Source of the DNA: a virus
Taxonomy: Duplodnaviria; Caudoviricetes
Reading direction: 5' to 3' (one strand)
IMG/VR virus record: IMGVR_UViG_3300021255_002694
Length of the DNA stretch: 64,000 nucleotides
The translations under genes and the position numbers were made by a program. Under the pieces are notes generated by a model. The model worked only from the letters and a program-made list of their open reading frames with translations. It had not been told where the DNA came from and made no database searches. This document shows positions 51,412 to 61,707 of this stretch, piece after piece. Numbering within the stretch: position 1 is the stretch's first letter; every line of letters starts with the position of its first letter.

Positions 51412-52974
51412 ATGCGCAAGCCTTTTTTACATGTCACGGAAAGGATGATTAAATTGTCTATTGAAATAAAGAGATCAGATAAATATGTAGATTATAATAT
51501 ATCCGCAACGAATAATAGAGGATATATTACTATTGATACTTCTGATTGGATAAATAAACCTTGGATGTTTTATGAACTTCCGGCGCTGAAATTTGAAATA
51601 TATACTGAAACAAATGGAGAATTAGTAAAATATCAAAATTTTACCAGAGAAATAAGAACATATAATCCAGTATATTCTCCATTAGGAGTATTAAATGTAA
51701 CGATTGATATTAGAAATGTTCCTGAAGAATTTATTTTAAGAATAACTCCTATATTTGATAATGATGCTATTGATGCTAGAAATATGTTAATTGAAAATGG
51801 AATTGAAAATGGTGATATTTGGGGATCAGATCAAGATGTTCCAACTCAACTATTTAATCTTGATCTTGAATTTATAGAATGTGATGGAGAGTATGTTCCA
51901 CCTACTCCACCAGTTCCTCCTACTCATGAAGAAACTATTACTGGTATTCCACCTATTACATTTGATGGAAGTACAGGTGAACCTCTTGTTTCTTGGACTA
52001 TTTTAGGTAATGGTCAACAAACAGGAACACCCTCACCAGATAACATTATAATGCCTGAATTTGTTGGTGTTAGGACTGCGAATCTGTTTGATAATCAGTC
52101 TCTTGCAAATGGATATATAAACTCATCCGGAAATGTTGCATCCGCAGGAAGCACAAAACATACTGATTACATTCCAGTTGATGCAGGAAGTACATACACG
52201 CTCACAACGGAAATAAAAATCGGTATCGGTCATTATCTCGCAATTTACAATGCAGAAAAGTCGAAAATCGGAAACACGGTTGATATGCGAAATTTAACGA
52301 CCGTAACAGTGAATATACCGGAAAACGGTGCATTTGTTCGCTTTTCGATGCAAAGCGGAGACATAACGAAAAATACAATGTTTAACAAAGGTTCTGCCAT
52401 CCCATACGAACCCTACGGCTGGAAAATCCCTCTCACCTGCGCTGGACAGACCGTTCCTGTTTATCTCGGACAGGTCAGCACGGTGCGGCGGATTAAGAAG
52501 TTGATATTCACAGGAGATGAATCATGGAACTATTCGACGCAAGGCAATAACACGAGAGCTTACACGCCGCAAATTGCGGAATGCTTATCCTTATCTCCAG
52601 CAATCTGTACGCATTTTGCATATAATGTTGCAAATGTCGGCTATCCAAGAAAAGATGAATTTGTAATCAATTCGTCAAAAGCAATCATATTCGGAATTGA
52701 CGGTTCTGTTTTTACAGACAAAACAGCGTGGACAACTTATCTGCAACAGCAGTACGCCGCCGGAACTCCTGTTACGGTGTGGTATGTTCTCGCAGAACCG
52801 GAAACCACAACCGTTAATGAGCCACTTGCAAAGATCGGAGACTATGCAGATGAACTTTCAAGTGCAGATGCAGGAGTTACAATTCCAACAACAGAAGGAC
52901 AGAATACTTTAACAGTTGATACTGATTTACAACCTAGCGAAATGACAATAACATACATAAAAGAAGGACAATAA
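51412..52974 (+). CDS. Tail-fibre/adhesin-like structural protein, single copy of the fibre module (true start probably TTG at 51454)
   Basis: N-domain paralogous to 53079 (ELPA, ITP.FD..A..A.N.LI..G); PYEPYG, RRIKKL, VWYVLA.P, EPLAKIGDYADEL and NTLTVDT shared with 54885. Confidence 0.75.
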   Translation: MRKPFLHVTERMIKLSIEIKRSDKYVDYNISATNNRGYITIDTSDWINKPWMFYELPALKFEIYTETNGELVKYQNFTREIRTYNPVYSPLGVLNVTIDIRNVPEEFILRITPIFDNDAIDARNMLIENGIENGDIWGSDQDVPTQLFNLDLEFIECDGEYVPPTPPVPPTHEETITGIPPITFDGSTGEPLVSWTILGNGQQTGTPSPDNIIMPEFVGVRTANLFDNQSLANGYINSSGNVASAGSTKHTDYIPVDAGSTYTLTTEIKIGIGHYLAIYNAEKSKIGNTVDMRNLTTVTVNIPENGAFVRFSMQSGDITKNTMFNKGSAIPYEPYGWKIPLTCAGQTVPVYLGQVSTVRRIKKLIFTGDESWNYSTQGNNTRAYTPQIAECLSLSPAICTHFAYNVANVGYPRKDEFVINSSKAIIFGIDGSVFTDKTAWTTYLQQQYAAGTPVTVWYVLAEPETTTVNEPLAKIGDYADELSSADAGVTIPTTEGQNTLTVDTDLQPSEMTITYIKEGQ

Positions 52975-52981
52975 AAAGAAT

Positions 52982-53031
52982 TGTTAAATCTATGTTAAAT
53001 ACAGAATAATCAAATTTAACATAGATTTAAC
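52982..53031. repeat. 19-bp perfect inverted repeat between structural genes
   Basis: TGTTAAATCTATGTTAAAT / ATTTAACATAGATTTAACA. Confidence 0.85.
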
Positions 53032-53078
53032 ATTCACATAATTTTACAATACAACCAAACCGAAAGGAGTTTTATACA

Positions 53079-54866
53079 ATGTCACAAACAACTCTATTAA
53101 GTTCTATAAATAGAACTACTGATTATCCTATTACTGTATCTTCTACAGCAGATAGTCATTGTGGTACTTTACAGTTAATTTTAGGTAGTGACTGGACTAA
53201 TCAAATGATACATGAACTTCCGGCAATAAATATATCTATTCTTACTGCGGATGGTTCTAAATTTCTATCATTTGATGTTAATATGTCTACAGTTAATGAA
53301 GAATTAAGAAATAAAGATAGATCACTTACTCCAACAGAACCATATTCTATTGCTGTTTATGATATTCCAAAAGATATTACTTTTTCTATAACTCCGCTTT
53401 TTGATCAATATGCTCTTAAAGCACATAATGATCTTATAAATGACGGCAATATAGAAATATTTGATACTTCTAATAAAGGAATTGTTGATACAGATTCAGA
53501 AAATTACGTATATAGACTTTGGACTACACCTACATCTACTTTTGATATTACTATTATATTTGATAATAGTAATGTTTCTTCTGGCGGTTCATCTGGCGGC
53601 GGTGGAGGTGGAGATACACCTACTGCGGCTGATATTTCTTATAGCAATACCACTTCTGGTTTATCAGCTACTAATGTTCAAGCAGCAATAGATGAAATTG
53701 ATAATGCAATAGATAATCTTCCAGAGCCTATGATATTCAAAGGTAGTCTTGGTACTGGCGGAACTATTGCAACATTACCAACAGCTTCTAATGATAATAA
53801 AGGATTTACTTATAAAGTAATTACTGCCGGAACATATGCAGGACAAACTGCTAAGATCGGAGATACTTTTATTTCTGACGGCACAGCTTGGGTTTTAATT
53901 CCATCAGGTGATGAACCAAGTGGAACAGTAACTAATGTTGCAGTTACAAGTACAGATGGAAGTGCAACAATAACAGGAAGTCCTATAACATCAAGTGGAA
54001 CTATTGATATTTCAGTTGTTACAGATTCAGCATTAAATGCAAATTCTACAAAACCAGTACAGAATAAAATTGTTACATCAGCAATCAATGAAAAACTTAA
54101 TATAGAAGACGCTGTTGGTAAAAATGTTACTGGTACAGAATATACTATTGACGGACAGACTGTTACTGCCGGAGACGGTGCTGAGATTTTTAATTCGTAT
54201 GATGGCAATTCACAGAATAAGGCTGCTGGACAGTGTTCTCATGCAGAAGGTGCGTATAATACTGTCACTGGTACATACGCCCATGTAGAGGGAATGGGAA
54301 ATACGGCATCTGGTGATGGCGCACATGCAGAAGGTTCTGGTGGAGTACGAGCAACAGGTACAGGCTCTCATGCAGAAGGTCAAGGAAACGTCGCTTCTGG
54401 TGTTAATGCCCATGCCGAGGGAGGCGGAACAACCGCATCTGCTATTTACTCACATGCAGAGGGATCGGGAACATCAGCATCCGGTCAAAACTCACATGCC
54501 GAAGGATCAGGAACAGTGGCTTCTGGTAATAGCGCTCATGCAGAGGGAGGTAGTTCGGTAGCATCAGGTGATAGCGCACATGCAGAAGGTAATTATACAA
54601 TCGCTGCATCGTCATATCAGCATGTCCAAGGTAAATGTAACGTCGCGGATGCAAACAACACTTACGCTTTTATAATCGGAAATGGTACTGCTGATAATGC
54701 TCGTCATAATGCATTTGCTATTGATTGGAATGGAAATATATATGTTAATAACTCTGCAACTGGTGTAAATGTAGAAACACTTTCTTCAATTCTAAATCCT
54801 ATTTCTGAATCTGAATACGATTCTTTAACTACAAAAGATAAACCTTTATATTTTATATATGATTAA
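53079..54866 (+). CDS. Tail fibre/spike with YadA-head-like 14-residue SHAEG repeats
   Basis: About 10 repeats of (S/A)HAEGxxTxASG; IIGNGT…NAFAIDWNGN; Gly-rich linker. Confidence 0.82.
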   Translation: MSQTTLLSSINRTTDYPITVSSTADSHCGTLQLILGSDWTNQMIHELPAINISILTADGSKFLSFDVNMSTVNEELRNKDRSLTPTEPYSIAVYDIPKDITFSITPLFDQYALKAHNDLINDGNIEIFDTSNKGIVDTDSENYVYRLWTTPTSTFDITIIFDNSNVSSGGSSGGGGGGDTPTAADISYSNTTSGLSATNVQAAIDEIDNAIDNLPEPMIFKGSLGTGGTIATLPTASNDNKGFTYKVITAGTYAGQTAKIGDTFISDGTAWVLIPSGDEPSGTVTNVAVTSTDGSATITGSPITSSGTIDISVVTDSALNANSTKPVQNKIVTSAINEKLNIEDAVGKNVTGTEYTIDGQTVTAGDGAEIFNSYDGNSQNKAAGQCSHAEGAYNTVTGTYAHVEGMGNTASGDGAHAEGSGGVRATGTGSHAEGQGNVASGVNAHAEGGGTTASAIYSHAEGSGTSASGQNSHAEGSGTVASGNSAHAEGGSSVASGDSAHAEGNYTIAASSYQHVQGKCNVADANNTYAFIIGNGTADNARHNAFAIDWNGNIYVNNSATGVNVETLSSILNPISESEYDSLTTKDKPLYFIYD

Positions 54867-54884
54867 AAGAGAGGTGAATATATA

Positions 54885-57800
54885 ATGCTTAAAAGCATTG
54901 TTAATGGTGCTGAACATGATATTGTAAGTATTCCTATGAAAGGGAAGAATTTATCTTCATTTGATGCAATCACATATCTAAACGATGATTCCTATTATGT
55001 GTCTTACCGTATACTCAATTCGATACCAGAGGGTTCATATACATTGTCATATTTCGTTGATGTTGATCCTAGTGTGGATTCGCTTGCTGCATCCATCGGT
55101 GTCGGTTCAACGATATATGAGAAAGATATCAAAATTGTTAATAGCATTGATCCTGGATATATAAATATACCATTTTCAATAACAGATGCCGACGCTGGTA
55201 AAAATTTATTTGTGCGGTTTGTAAGAAGTGGATCAAAATTTACTGCAACAATCACCGTCACAAAAGTCATGCTAAACACAGGTTCAACTGCATTACCATA
55301 TGAACCATATGGATATCAAAATGGATGGGAAGTAAGAGATAATCAAAATAGACTTATATGGGGAAGAGAAGATGAACTTCAAACAACTACAGGAACTCTA
55401 CCATTTAAAGGATATGGATTAGATATTAAAGAATATAGTATAGACGGTAATATGGTTCAAGCGGCGGAAAAAGAATATTCTATTACTGGTACATCTCCTT
55501 TAGATTTTCAAAGTAATGGTTCTAATGCTACTATTTCTATTTCCGGAAATGAAACACAAGCATCTAATCAATCATATACTACTTCTTGTACTTCTCCATT
55601 ATCTTTTAATGCAGATGGAACTAATCTTACTGCATTATCTATGGATGGAAATATGAATCAAGCTAGTAGTCAACCTTATACTGTTTCTGGTACTTCACCG
55701 ATCAGTTTTATGAATAATGGTACTGCTATTGATTATACTGTTTCCGGAAATATGTCACAATCTGGTACTCCTACTCCTACATCTCCTATTACTCCACAAG
55801 AATGTGGAGAGAGAACTAATCAGCTTATACCTTATCCATATTATAGTGCAGATGGAGTATATGATGGGATTACATTCACTACAGATGGAAATAAGATAGT
55901 TGCTAATGGTACAACATCGACAGGATATAATTTCTATCTTTGGAGAGTTGATAAATTTCCGGCTGGAACATATACTCTCAGCGTGACTGGAACACATACA
56001 GGTGCTAGTATTTATGTAAGAGATGTTACAAATTCAACTACTATTGTAGGTATTTTCGGTGGTCAGACTGGTGATCGTCAAATATCATTTACGACAACAG
56101 AAGAATTGCAAGTATATGTTTATATAAATTCCAGCGGTACGGGAACTGTTGATTTTGACTGTTCTATAATGTTAAATGAGGGTTCAACGGCATTGCCATA
56201 TGAGCCAAATCTATATAAAGTACCTCTAACAATAGCCGGAAATACACAAAATATTTATATTAAAGAGCCATTAAGAAAAATTGGTGATTATTCTGATACT
56301 GTTAATTCAGATGGTAGTGTTACAAGAGTTATTAAGAAAATTGTATTGACAGGTGCGGAATCTGAGTGGTCTAGTGTTGGAGGTCAGGCACCATTTCTAT
56401 TAACTATATCCGGTTATTCTGAAATTTCAAAATCAGTTCCGTATTATATGAGTTCACATTTCAAGCCTATTGCATATGATGATCTATGGGGAACAAATGA
56501 TAACTTTATTGTGACATATCAAACTGGTTTTCGGTTTAAGTACAGTACGTTAGGTACTGATCTAAATGATTTTAAGACATGGCTTTCAACACAGTATGAA
56601 AATAATAATCCAATAACAGTTTGGTATGCACTTCAAATTCCACAAACAGATACAGCAACAGTACCAACAATAACACCAACATCAGGAAATAATACATTAT
56701 CAGTAGATACTACTTTAGCTCCATCTAATATTACAGTTACTTCTAATTCTTCTGTTTTTCCTGAAAATCCTATTACTCCTATTGAATGTGGTGTTCTAAG
56801 TGAAAATCTATTCGATAATAACCAGACCACAACGAATGAGAACGGTGCTGAAAGACCTGGTGTAGAACTTCCAGTCGGAACATACTCTATCTATAATACA
56901 TCAGGTCAAGCTGTGTATTATCGTATCGGTGATAGTGGAACTGGCGCACAAGTAAACAATGGTAATTCAAAAGCAAACATAGTAGCGAATGATACATTGT
57001 ATGTGTGGCAATATCCTAAAAAAGACGGTGTTATGGTTATTGAGGGTGCTACCGCACCGACTGAATATGAACCTTATGGAAAATATAAAATTCCAGTAAC
57101 AGTAGGTTCAACTACCAAAAATATATTTATAAATCAGCCACTTAGAAAAATAGGTAATTATAGTGATAGTATTGGTAGTGATGGTGTTGTTACAAGGAAT
57201 ATTAAGAAGTTGGTGCTTGATGGTACGGAGAACTGGTCATCATATAGCGAAGTTGTTTATTTACAAGACATAATTGATTATGCAAAAATTGATAATATTA
57301 TTTGCATGTGTACGCACTATGAGCCGCAAACAAATGTTGACGGAGTTGCTGAAACAGATACAGGGCATATAGCATTTGGTAAAAGTTCAAACTATAGACT
57401 TAACATTCATGATGCAAATATAAACAACGCAACAGATTATAAACTATTTCTTGCTGACGAATACTCAGCCGGTCATCCAGTAGAAGTCTGGTACATATTA
57501 GCAACACCAGATACAACAGAAACAACTACTATACCAACAATATCAACAGTAAATGGAGCAAATACTCTTACTACAGGAACTCCTATAACTCCATCTAATA
57601 TTACTATTTCTACTTCTTCTTCTGTCTATCCTAAGAATCCTATATATCCAGAAGAATGTGGAGATAGGACTGGTAATGTTCTTGATCTTGATGCATACCT
57701 TAAAAGAGATAATAACGGATATACAAAAAGCGGTAGCACTTATACTATCCCAATGCAAGCATCTTTGTTTGCAAATCCTTGGTATTTTTCCAATGAGGAT

Positions 57801-60800
57801 GTTCCGATAAGTATAAGTGGCACTATGCAAACATTAACTGGTACAAATATCCGAATTTATATTGTAAAACGTGATGGAGCTGTTTCTGGTTCTATTGCAC
57901 TAGGCGGAACTGGAAATGTAACAAAGACAGAAAACAGGTTAGGTGCCGGAATAAAGTTCGATTATACCTCTATTGGAACATGCACTGTATCTAACCTTAT
58001 GGTCAATTTCGGATCAACTGCACTTCCTTATGAACCATATGGATATAAAATACCAGTAACAATAGGTAGCAATACTAATTATATCTATACTAAAGAACCT
58101 ATTAGAAAAATTGGTAATTATGCTGATGTGGTTAATAGTGATGGTAGTATTACTAGATATATTAAGAAGATCGAGTTAAATGGAACAGAAAATATCATTC
58201 TTGGTTCTCCACAATCCGGAGGAAATGTATTTTCTATAACTGATCAAGATACAATAACAAGCAATGGTTCGTATTCAATATCTAATTACTATCGAAACGT
58301 ATATGGTAATAGTGGCGAGTACACATACATTTACAATGGAAGGATTATCCTACTAGATAAAAGCCATAGTACAGTCACATCATTTAAACAGTGGTTATCT
58401 GATGAATACAATTCGGGTAATCCAGTATGTGTGTGGTATGTAATGCAAACTCCAACAGCAGAACAAACAACAATACCAACACTAACAACAGTAAATGGAA
58501 CAAATACAGCAACAATAGGAACTACTCTAGCCCCATCAAGTATTACTATAAATGCCACTTCTAAAGTATATCCTAATAATCCTATTATTCCTGAATTTTG
58601 TGGAGTTAGGACAGAGAATCTTATTGATGCTACGATGTATGACAATCTTGCAAAATCTGTAGCATATCTATCTATGCTAGTATCCGTTCCGATTGTAACA
58701 TTGACGTCACCAGAAGGACTATACACAAGAGTTGTTTGGACACAATCAATGAATCCTGATACAAGAATCCATGAAAGTAACTGGATAACATCTGGAAACA
58801 GTGCAACATTTGATCTTGCATCATATAGTGATGCTGATTGTTTTAAGATAGAGTTTCGCAATGTCGAATATTCAATTTTAACTGATGAAGATATTGCACG
58901 TAGATTCAATATCATGCTTAACACTGGTTCTACTGCACTTCCTTATGAACCATATGGATATAAAATATCTTTTAATAATAATGGAGAGAATTTGTTTGAT
59001 TGTGATAGAACAGATGGCATTATTGATAATTCGTATATCAGAAAATCAGACAGTGAAATCGTAACAGACACAGACTACTATATCAGTTATCCTATTTATG
59101 TTTCTGAGAATGTGACATATACATGGAGATTTGATAGTGACACAAGTACAACACATTCAGCACCTACTGTCGGATTTTATGATTCATTAGATAACATGAT
59201 AGGAACTGCACCGCATGGTAACGGACTAACATATTTTTCATTCACTACTCCAAATGGGTGTAAATACATTCGTGCGTCTGTTTATAAGCATAACAACTTT
59301 CAGAGAGAAGCAATGCTTAATCTCGGATCAACACCATTACCATATTCTCCATATCTAAATAAAACAACTCCTATATATCTTAGTGAAGTTCCTACTATAA
59401 GAAGAATTAAGAAATTGGTGTTGACAGGAGATGGAGAATATCAAAATTACTCATATGATGGTACTAACGGTGTCCGAATCTTGAATATGTTGAAAACAAC
59501 ATACAAAAGAGCAGATGGGTTATGCAATATTTGTAAAGTATCAACAGTCGCAGGTATACGTCATTGTTTATGGATAGGTTCTGGTGGTGGTGATCCTCAC
59601 TTGTATTTTATATCCATACTTTCAGATATGGGACTATCCGATGCATCTGAGTTTAAATCATGGGTTGCACAACAATATCAAAACGGTACTCCGGTTACAA
59701 TATGGTATGCACTTGCAAATCCGGAAACAGGAATAGTAAATGAACCATTAGCAAAAATAGGAAATTATGCAGATGAACTAACAGAAATATCTGTTCATAA
59801 TCTTTCTGCTCCATTATATGGTATTGGAGATTATAAAGATATTCTAAATCTTTCTACTGGTGTTTTGACTAGGAAGATTAGGAAATTGGTGTTGGACGGC
59901 GTAAACGATGGAGAATGGAAAAAATCTTCAACGAGAACAGGCTCATTCTATTTGAATGTTGGAGTGAACGCAATCACTTCTTTAGGCTTATGTGACCGTG
60001 CTGTTAATGTGGATACAATCAGTCAGTACGATTCCATTGGAAAAATGTTCGTTGAATCAAGCGGTTCATCAAAGTTGATAAACTTGTGGCTTTTCGATAC
60101 CAATATATCGCTTGATGATTTCAAAGCATTTCTCGCCGCCCAGTACGCAAACGGAACCCCAGTCACGGTCTGGTACGTGTTGAATACTCCTAAAACCGAA
60201 ACTGTCACAGTTCCAACAGGAATGACAGGAGAAATAGAAGGATATTTAACACAGATCAGTACACCAACTCCGGAACATCCAAGTATACCGAAATGGAATG
60301 GAAAAGAAGAAACTGGTGGTACATATGCAGTTACAGTTTATGATCTTCCTGAAATTCCTACAACTACAGGAAAAAATACTTTGACAGTAGATACAACTCT
60401 AGCACCATATGATGTAACTATAAATGGACATATAAGATACACATATTGGGGTAAAATACGTGAAGATGTTAGAAGTGGATTGGCTCAAACAAAATTCCCA
60501 GTTGGAACAATCTTATATGATAACGAAGATGCAACAACAGGAAGAGCATTTCAAGTTGTAGGATATGATAAACATTTTGATCCATCACTAACAGCACGAG
60601 GATTCACTCATAGTATGACATTGTGTCAGTTAAAACTATCCGGACCGTGGCAATATGACGCAATAGAAGCATTTTTATATACAACTGTTGAAATGCAACC
60701 TGGAACATATAAATTCAAAATACCTAACTATGATACAACATATGGCGGTAATAAAACATACTATTTTACTTCTACTGCAACCGTTCCAGTTGATAGTCAA

Positions 60801-61556
60801 ATTGTATTAAAATGGGATTATCAAAAACCACCTGCTTCTGTAACTGCATATGCTGGTCCAAATCCGCAAACAAATACAACAGCAATAACAGGATTTAACG
60901 CTTTAACACTTACAGAATGGGTTGAGGGTGAATCACCGGAAGCTATTGATTTAGGAACAATAAAACTAGCAAACAATGATCCAGACAGTGCATATGGTAA
61001 ACTAAATCATATTCAACGTGCAAGATATGGTTCAAACAATTATTATCAATCTGGTTTGAGACAGTTATTGAATACAGACCTTGCGGCAAATAACTGGTGG
61101 CATCCAGCTACTATATTTGATAGACCATATGCAAATAGAACAACAAATGGTTATTTAAGATCACTAAATGAAGATTTTATAAATGTACTAGCAACACCTG
61201 AAATTACTAATATAACAAATAATGTATTTGAATATCCATCATTAGACGGAAGAACATTTGCACTAAATACAGAATATAAGATAAATACAGATAAGGTATT
61301 CTTACTATCTCATACAGAAGTTGGTCTATCTTCATCACCGAATGTTGGAACAGTATTAGATTATTATAGTACACATAATACAAATAATGATAGAATAAAG
61401 TATAGAATTGATAATGGAAATGCTTATCATTGGTGGTTTAGAACTCCTTACCCGTCTTACGCTCACGATTTCCGGTATTGTAGCACTTCGGGTGCTTTGG
61501 ACGTCAGCCATGCTCTCAATTACCTGTGCGTCGCCCCCGCTCACATCATCCAGTAA
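54885..61556 (+). CDS. Large tail-fibre/adhesin with repeated modules and a C-terminal CLec (DUF6273-like) DGR target domain
   Basis: Repeated TGSTALPYEPYG / EPLRKIG.Y.D / VWY.L.TP modules; C-terminus RYGSNNY..S.LRQ.LN…DKVFLLS..EVG…WWFRTP…VAPA.II. Confidence 0.85.
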   Translation: MLKSIVNGAEHDIVSIPMKGKNLSSFDAITYLNDDSYYVSYRILNSIPEGSYTLSYFVDVDPSVDSLAASIGVGSTIYEKDIKIVNSIDPGYINIPFSITDADAGKNLFVRFVRSGSKFTATITVTKVMLNTGSTALPYEPYGYQNGWEVRDNQNRLIWGREDELQTTTGTLPFKGYGLDIKEYSIDGNMVQAAEKEYSITGTSPLDFQSNGSNATISISGNETQASNQSYTTSCTSPLSFNADGTNLTALSMDGNMNQASSQPYTVSGTSPISFMNNGTAIDYTVSGNMSQSGTPTPTSPITPQECGERTNQLIPYPYYSADGVYDGITFTTDGNKIVANGTTSTGYNFYLWRVDKFPAGTYTLSVTGTHTGASIYVRDVTNSTTIVGIFGGQTGDRQISFTTTEELQVYVYINSSGTGTVDFDCSIMLNEGSTALPYEPNLYKVPLTIAGNTQNIYIKEPLRKIGDYSDTVNSDGSVTRVIKKIVLTGAESEWSSVGGQAPFLLTISGYSEISKSVPYYMSSHFKPIAYDDLWGTNDNFIVTYQTGFRFKYSTLGTDLNDFKTWLSTQYENNNPITVWYALQIPQTDTATVPTITPTSGNNTLSVDTTLAPSNITVTSNSSVFPENPITPIECGVLSENLFDNNQTTTNENGAERPGVELPVGTYSIYNTSGQAVYYRIGDSGTGAQVNNGNSKANIVANDTLYVWQYPKKDGVMVIEGATAPTEYEPYGKYKIPVTVGSTTKNIFINQPLRKIGNYSDSIGSDGVVTRNIKKLVLDGTENWSSYSEVVYLQDIIDYAKIDNIICMCTHYEPQTNVDGVAETDTGHIAFGKSSNYRLNIHDANINNATDYKLFLADEYSAGHPVEVWYILATPDTTETTTIPTISTVNGANTLTTGTPITPSNITISTSSSVYPKNPIYPEECGDRTGNVLDLDAYLKRDNNGYTKSGSTYTIPMQASLFANPWYFSNEDVPISISGTMQTLTGTNIRIYIVKRDGAVSGSIALGGTGNVTKTENRLGAGIKFDYTSIGTCTVSNLMVNFGSTALPYEPYGYKIPVTIGSNTNYIYTKEPIRKIGNYADVVNSDGSITRYIKKIELNGTENIILGSPQSGGNVFSITDQDTITSNGSYSISNYYRNVYGNSGEYTYIYNGRIILLDKSHSTVTSFKQWLSDEYNSGNPVCVWYVMQTPTAEQTTIPTLTTVNGTNTATIGTTLAPSSITINATSKVYPNNPIIPEFCGVRTENLIDATMYDNLAKSVAYLSMLVSVPIVTLTSPEGLYTRVVWTQSMNPDTRIHESNWITSGNSATFDLASYSDADCFKIEFRNVEYSILTDEDIARRFNIMLNTGSTALPYEPYGYKISFNNNGENLFDCDRTDGIIDNSYIRKSDSEIVTDTDYYISYPIYVSENVTYTWRFDSDTSTTHSAPTVGFYDSLDNMIGTAPHGNGLTYFSFTTPNGCKYIRASVYKHNNFQREAMLNLGSTPLPYSPYLNKTTPIYLSEVPTIRRIKKLVLTGDGEYQNYSYDGTNGVRILNMLKTTYKRADGLCNICKVSTVAGIRHCLWIGSGGGDPHLYFISILSDMGLSDASEFKSWVAQQYQNGTPVTIWYALANPETGIVNEPLAKIGNYADELTEISVHNLSAPLYGIGDYKDILNLSTGVLTRKIRKLVLDGVNDGEWKKSSTRTGSFYLNVGVNAITSLGLCDRAVNVDTISQYDSIGKMFVESSGSSKLINLWLFDTNISLDDFKAFLAAQYANGTPVTVWYVLNTPKTETVTVPTGMTGEIEGYLTQISTPTPEHPSIPKWNGKEETGGTYAVTVYDLPEIPTTTGKNTLTVDTTLAPYDVTINGHIRYTYWGKIREDVRSGLAQTKFPVGTILYDNEDATTGRAFQVVGYDKHFDPSLTARGFTHSMTLCQLKLSGPWQYDAIEAFLYTTVEMQPGTYKFKIPNYDTTYGGNKTYYFTSTATVPVDSQIVLKWDYQKPPASVTAYAGPNPQTNTTAITGFNALTLTEWVEGESPEAIDLGTIKLANNDPDSAYGKLNHIQRARYGSNNYYQSGLRQLLNTDLAANNWWHPATIFDRPYANRTTNGYLRSLNEDFINVLATPEITNITNNVFEYPSLDGRTFALNTEYKINTDKVFLLSHTEVGLSSSPNVGTVLDYYSTHNTNNDRIKYRIDNGNAYHWWFRTPYPSYAHDFRYCSTSGALDVSHALNYLCVAPAHIIQ
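61431..61556 (+). repeat. Putative DGR variable region (VR)
   Basis: Abrupt GC rise; variable positions are NNC/NNT codons (TAC, CAC, GAT, TTC, AGC, GAC, GTC, CAT, CTC…) as expected from AAC/AAT templates; ends in GC-rich GTCGCCCCCGC. Confidence 0.75.
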
Positions 61557-61557
61557 T

Positions 61558-61599
61558 CGCGTAATCGCCGTCCGTTAGGGCGGCTTACGCGAAGCGTAA
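61558..61599 (+). promoter_or_regulatory. DGR target-recognition-like hairpins
   Basis: GCCGTCC-GTTA-GGGCGGC (61567-84) and TTACGC-GAA-GCGTAA (61585-99) directly after the VR stop. Confidence 0.7.
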
Positions 61600-61628
61600 A
61601 ATACAAAAAAGAAAGGTAATAAAAATAT

Positions 61629-61703
61629 ATGTCAGTTCCAGTATTTAAAAGAACAGAAAATAAACTCCAAGCATTAAAAGATACAATTACAATGACTTCA
61701 TAA
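61629..61703 (+). pseudogene. avd: Truncated Avd (DGR accessory protein) N-terminal stub
   Basis: SD GAAAGG then MSVPVFKRTENKLQALKDTITMTS*, resembling the MSV.k.kR.e.kl start of Bacillota-phage Avd proteins, in the canonical position after the target. Confidence 0.6.
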
Positions 61704-61707
61704 AAAA

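Noticed and set aside
54200-54640. CRISPR-like or non-coding periodic repeat (CATGCAGAAGG every ~42 nt)
   Set aside because: In-frame coding repeats (HAEG) with synonymous variation, no unique spacers and no cas genes
54885-60430. Internal fibre repeats as DGR template/variable repeat pairs
   Set aside because: Differences between copies are not adenine-specific and all copies are coding; only the C-terminal segment has VR features
7615-61544. Numerous minus-strand ORFs in the track before 62.2 kb
   Set aside because: Antisense shadows of clear + strand genes, without SDs or recognisable motifs
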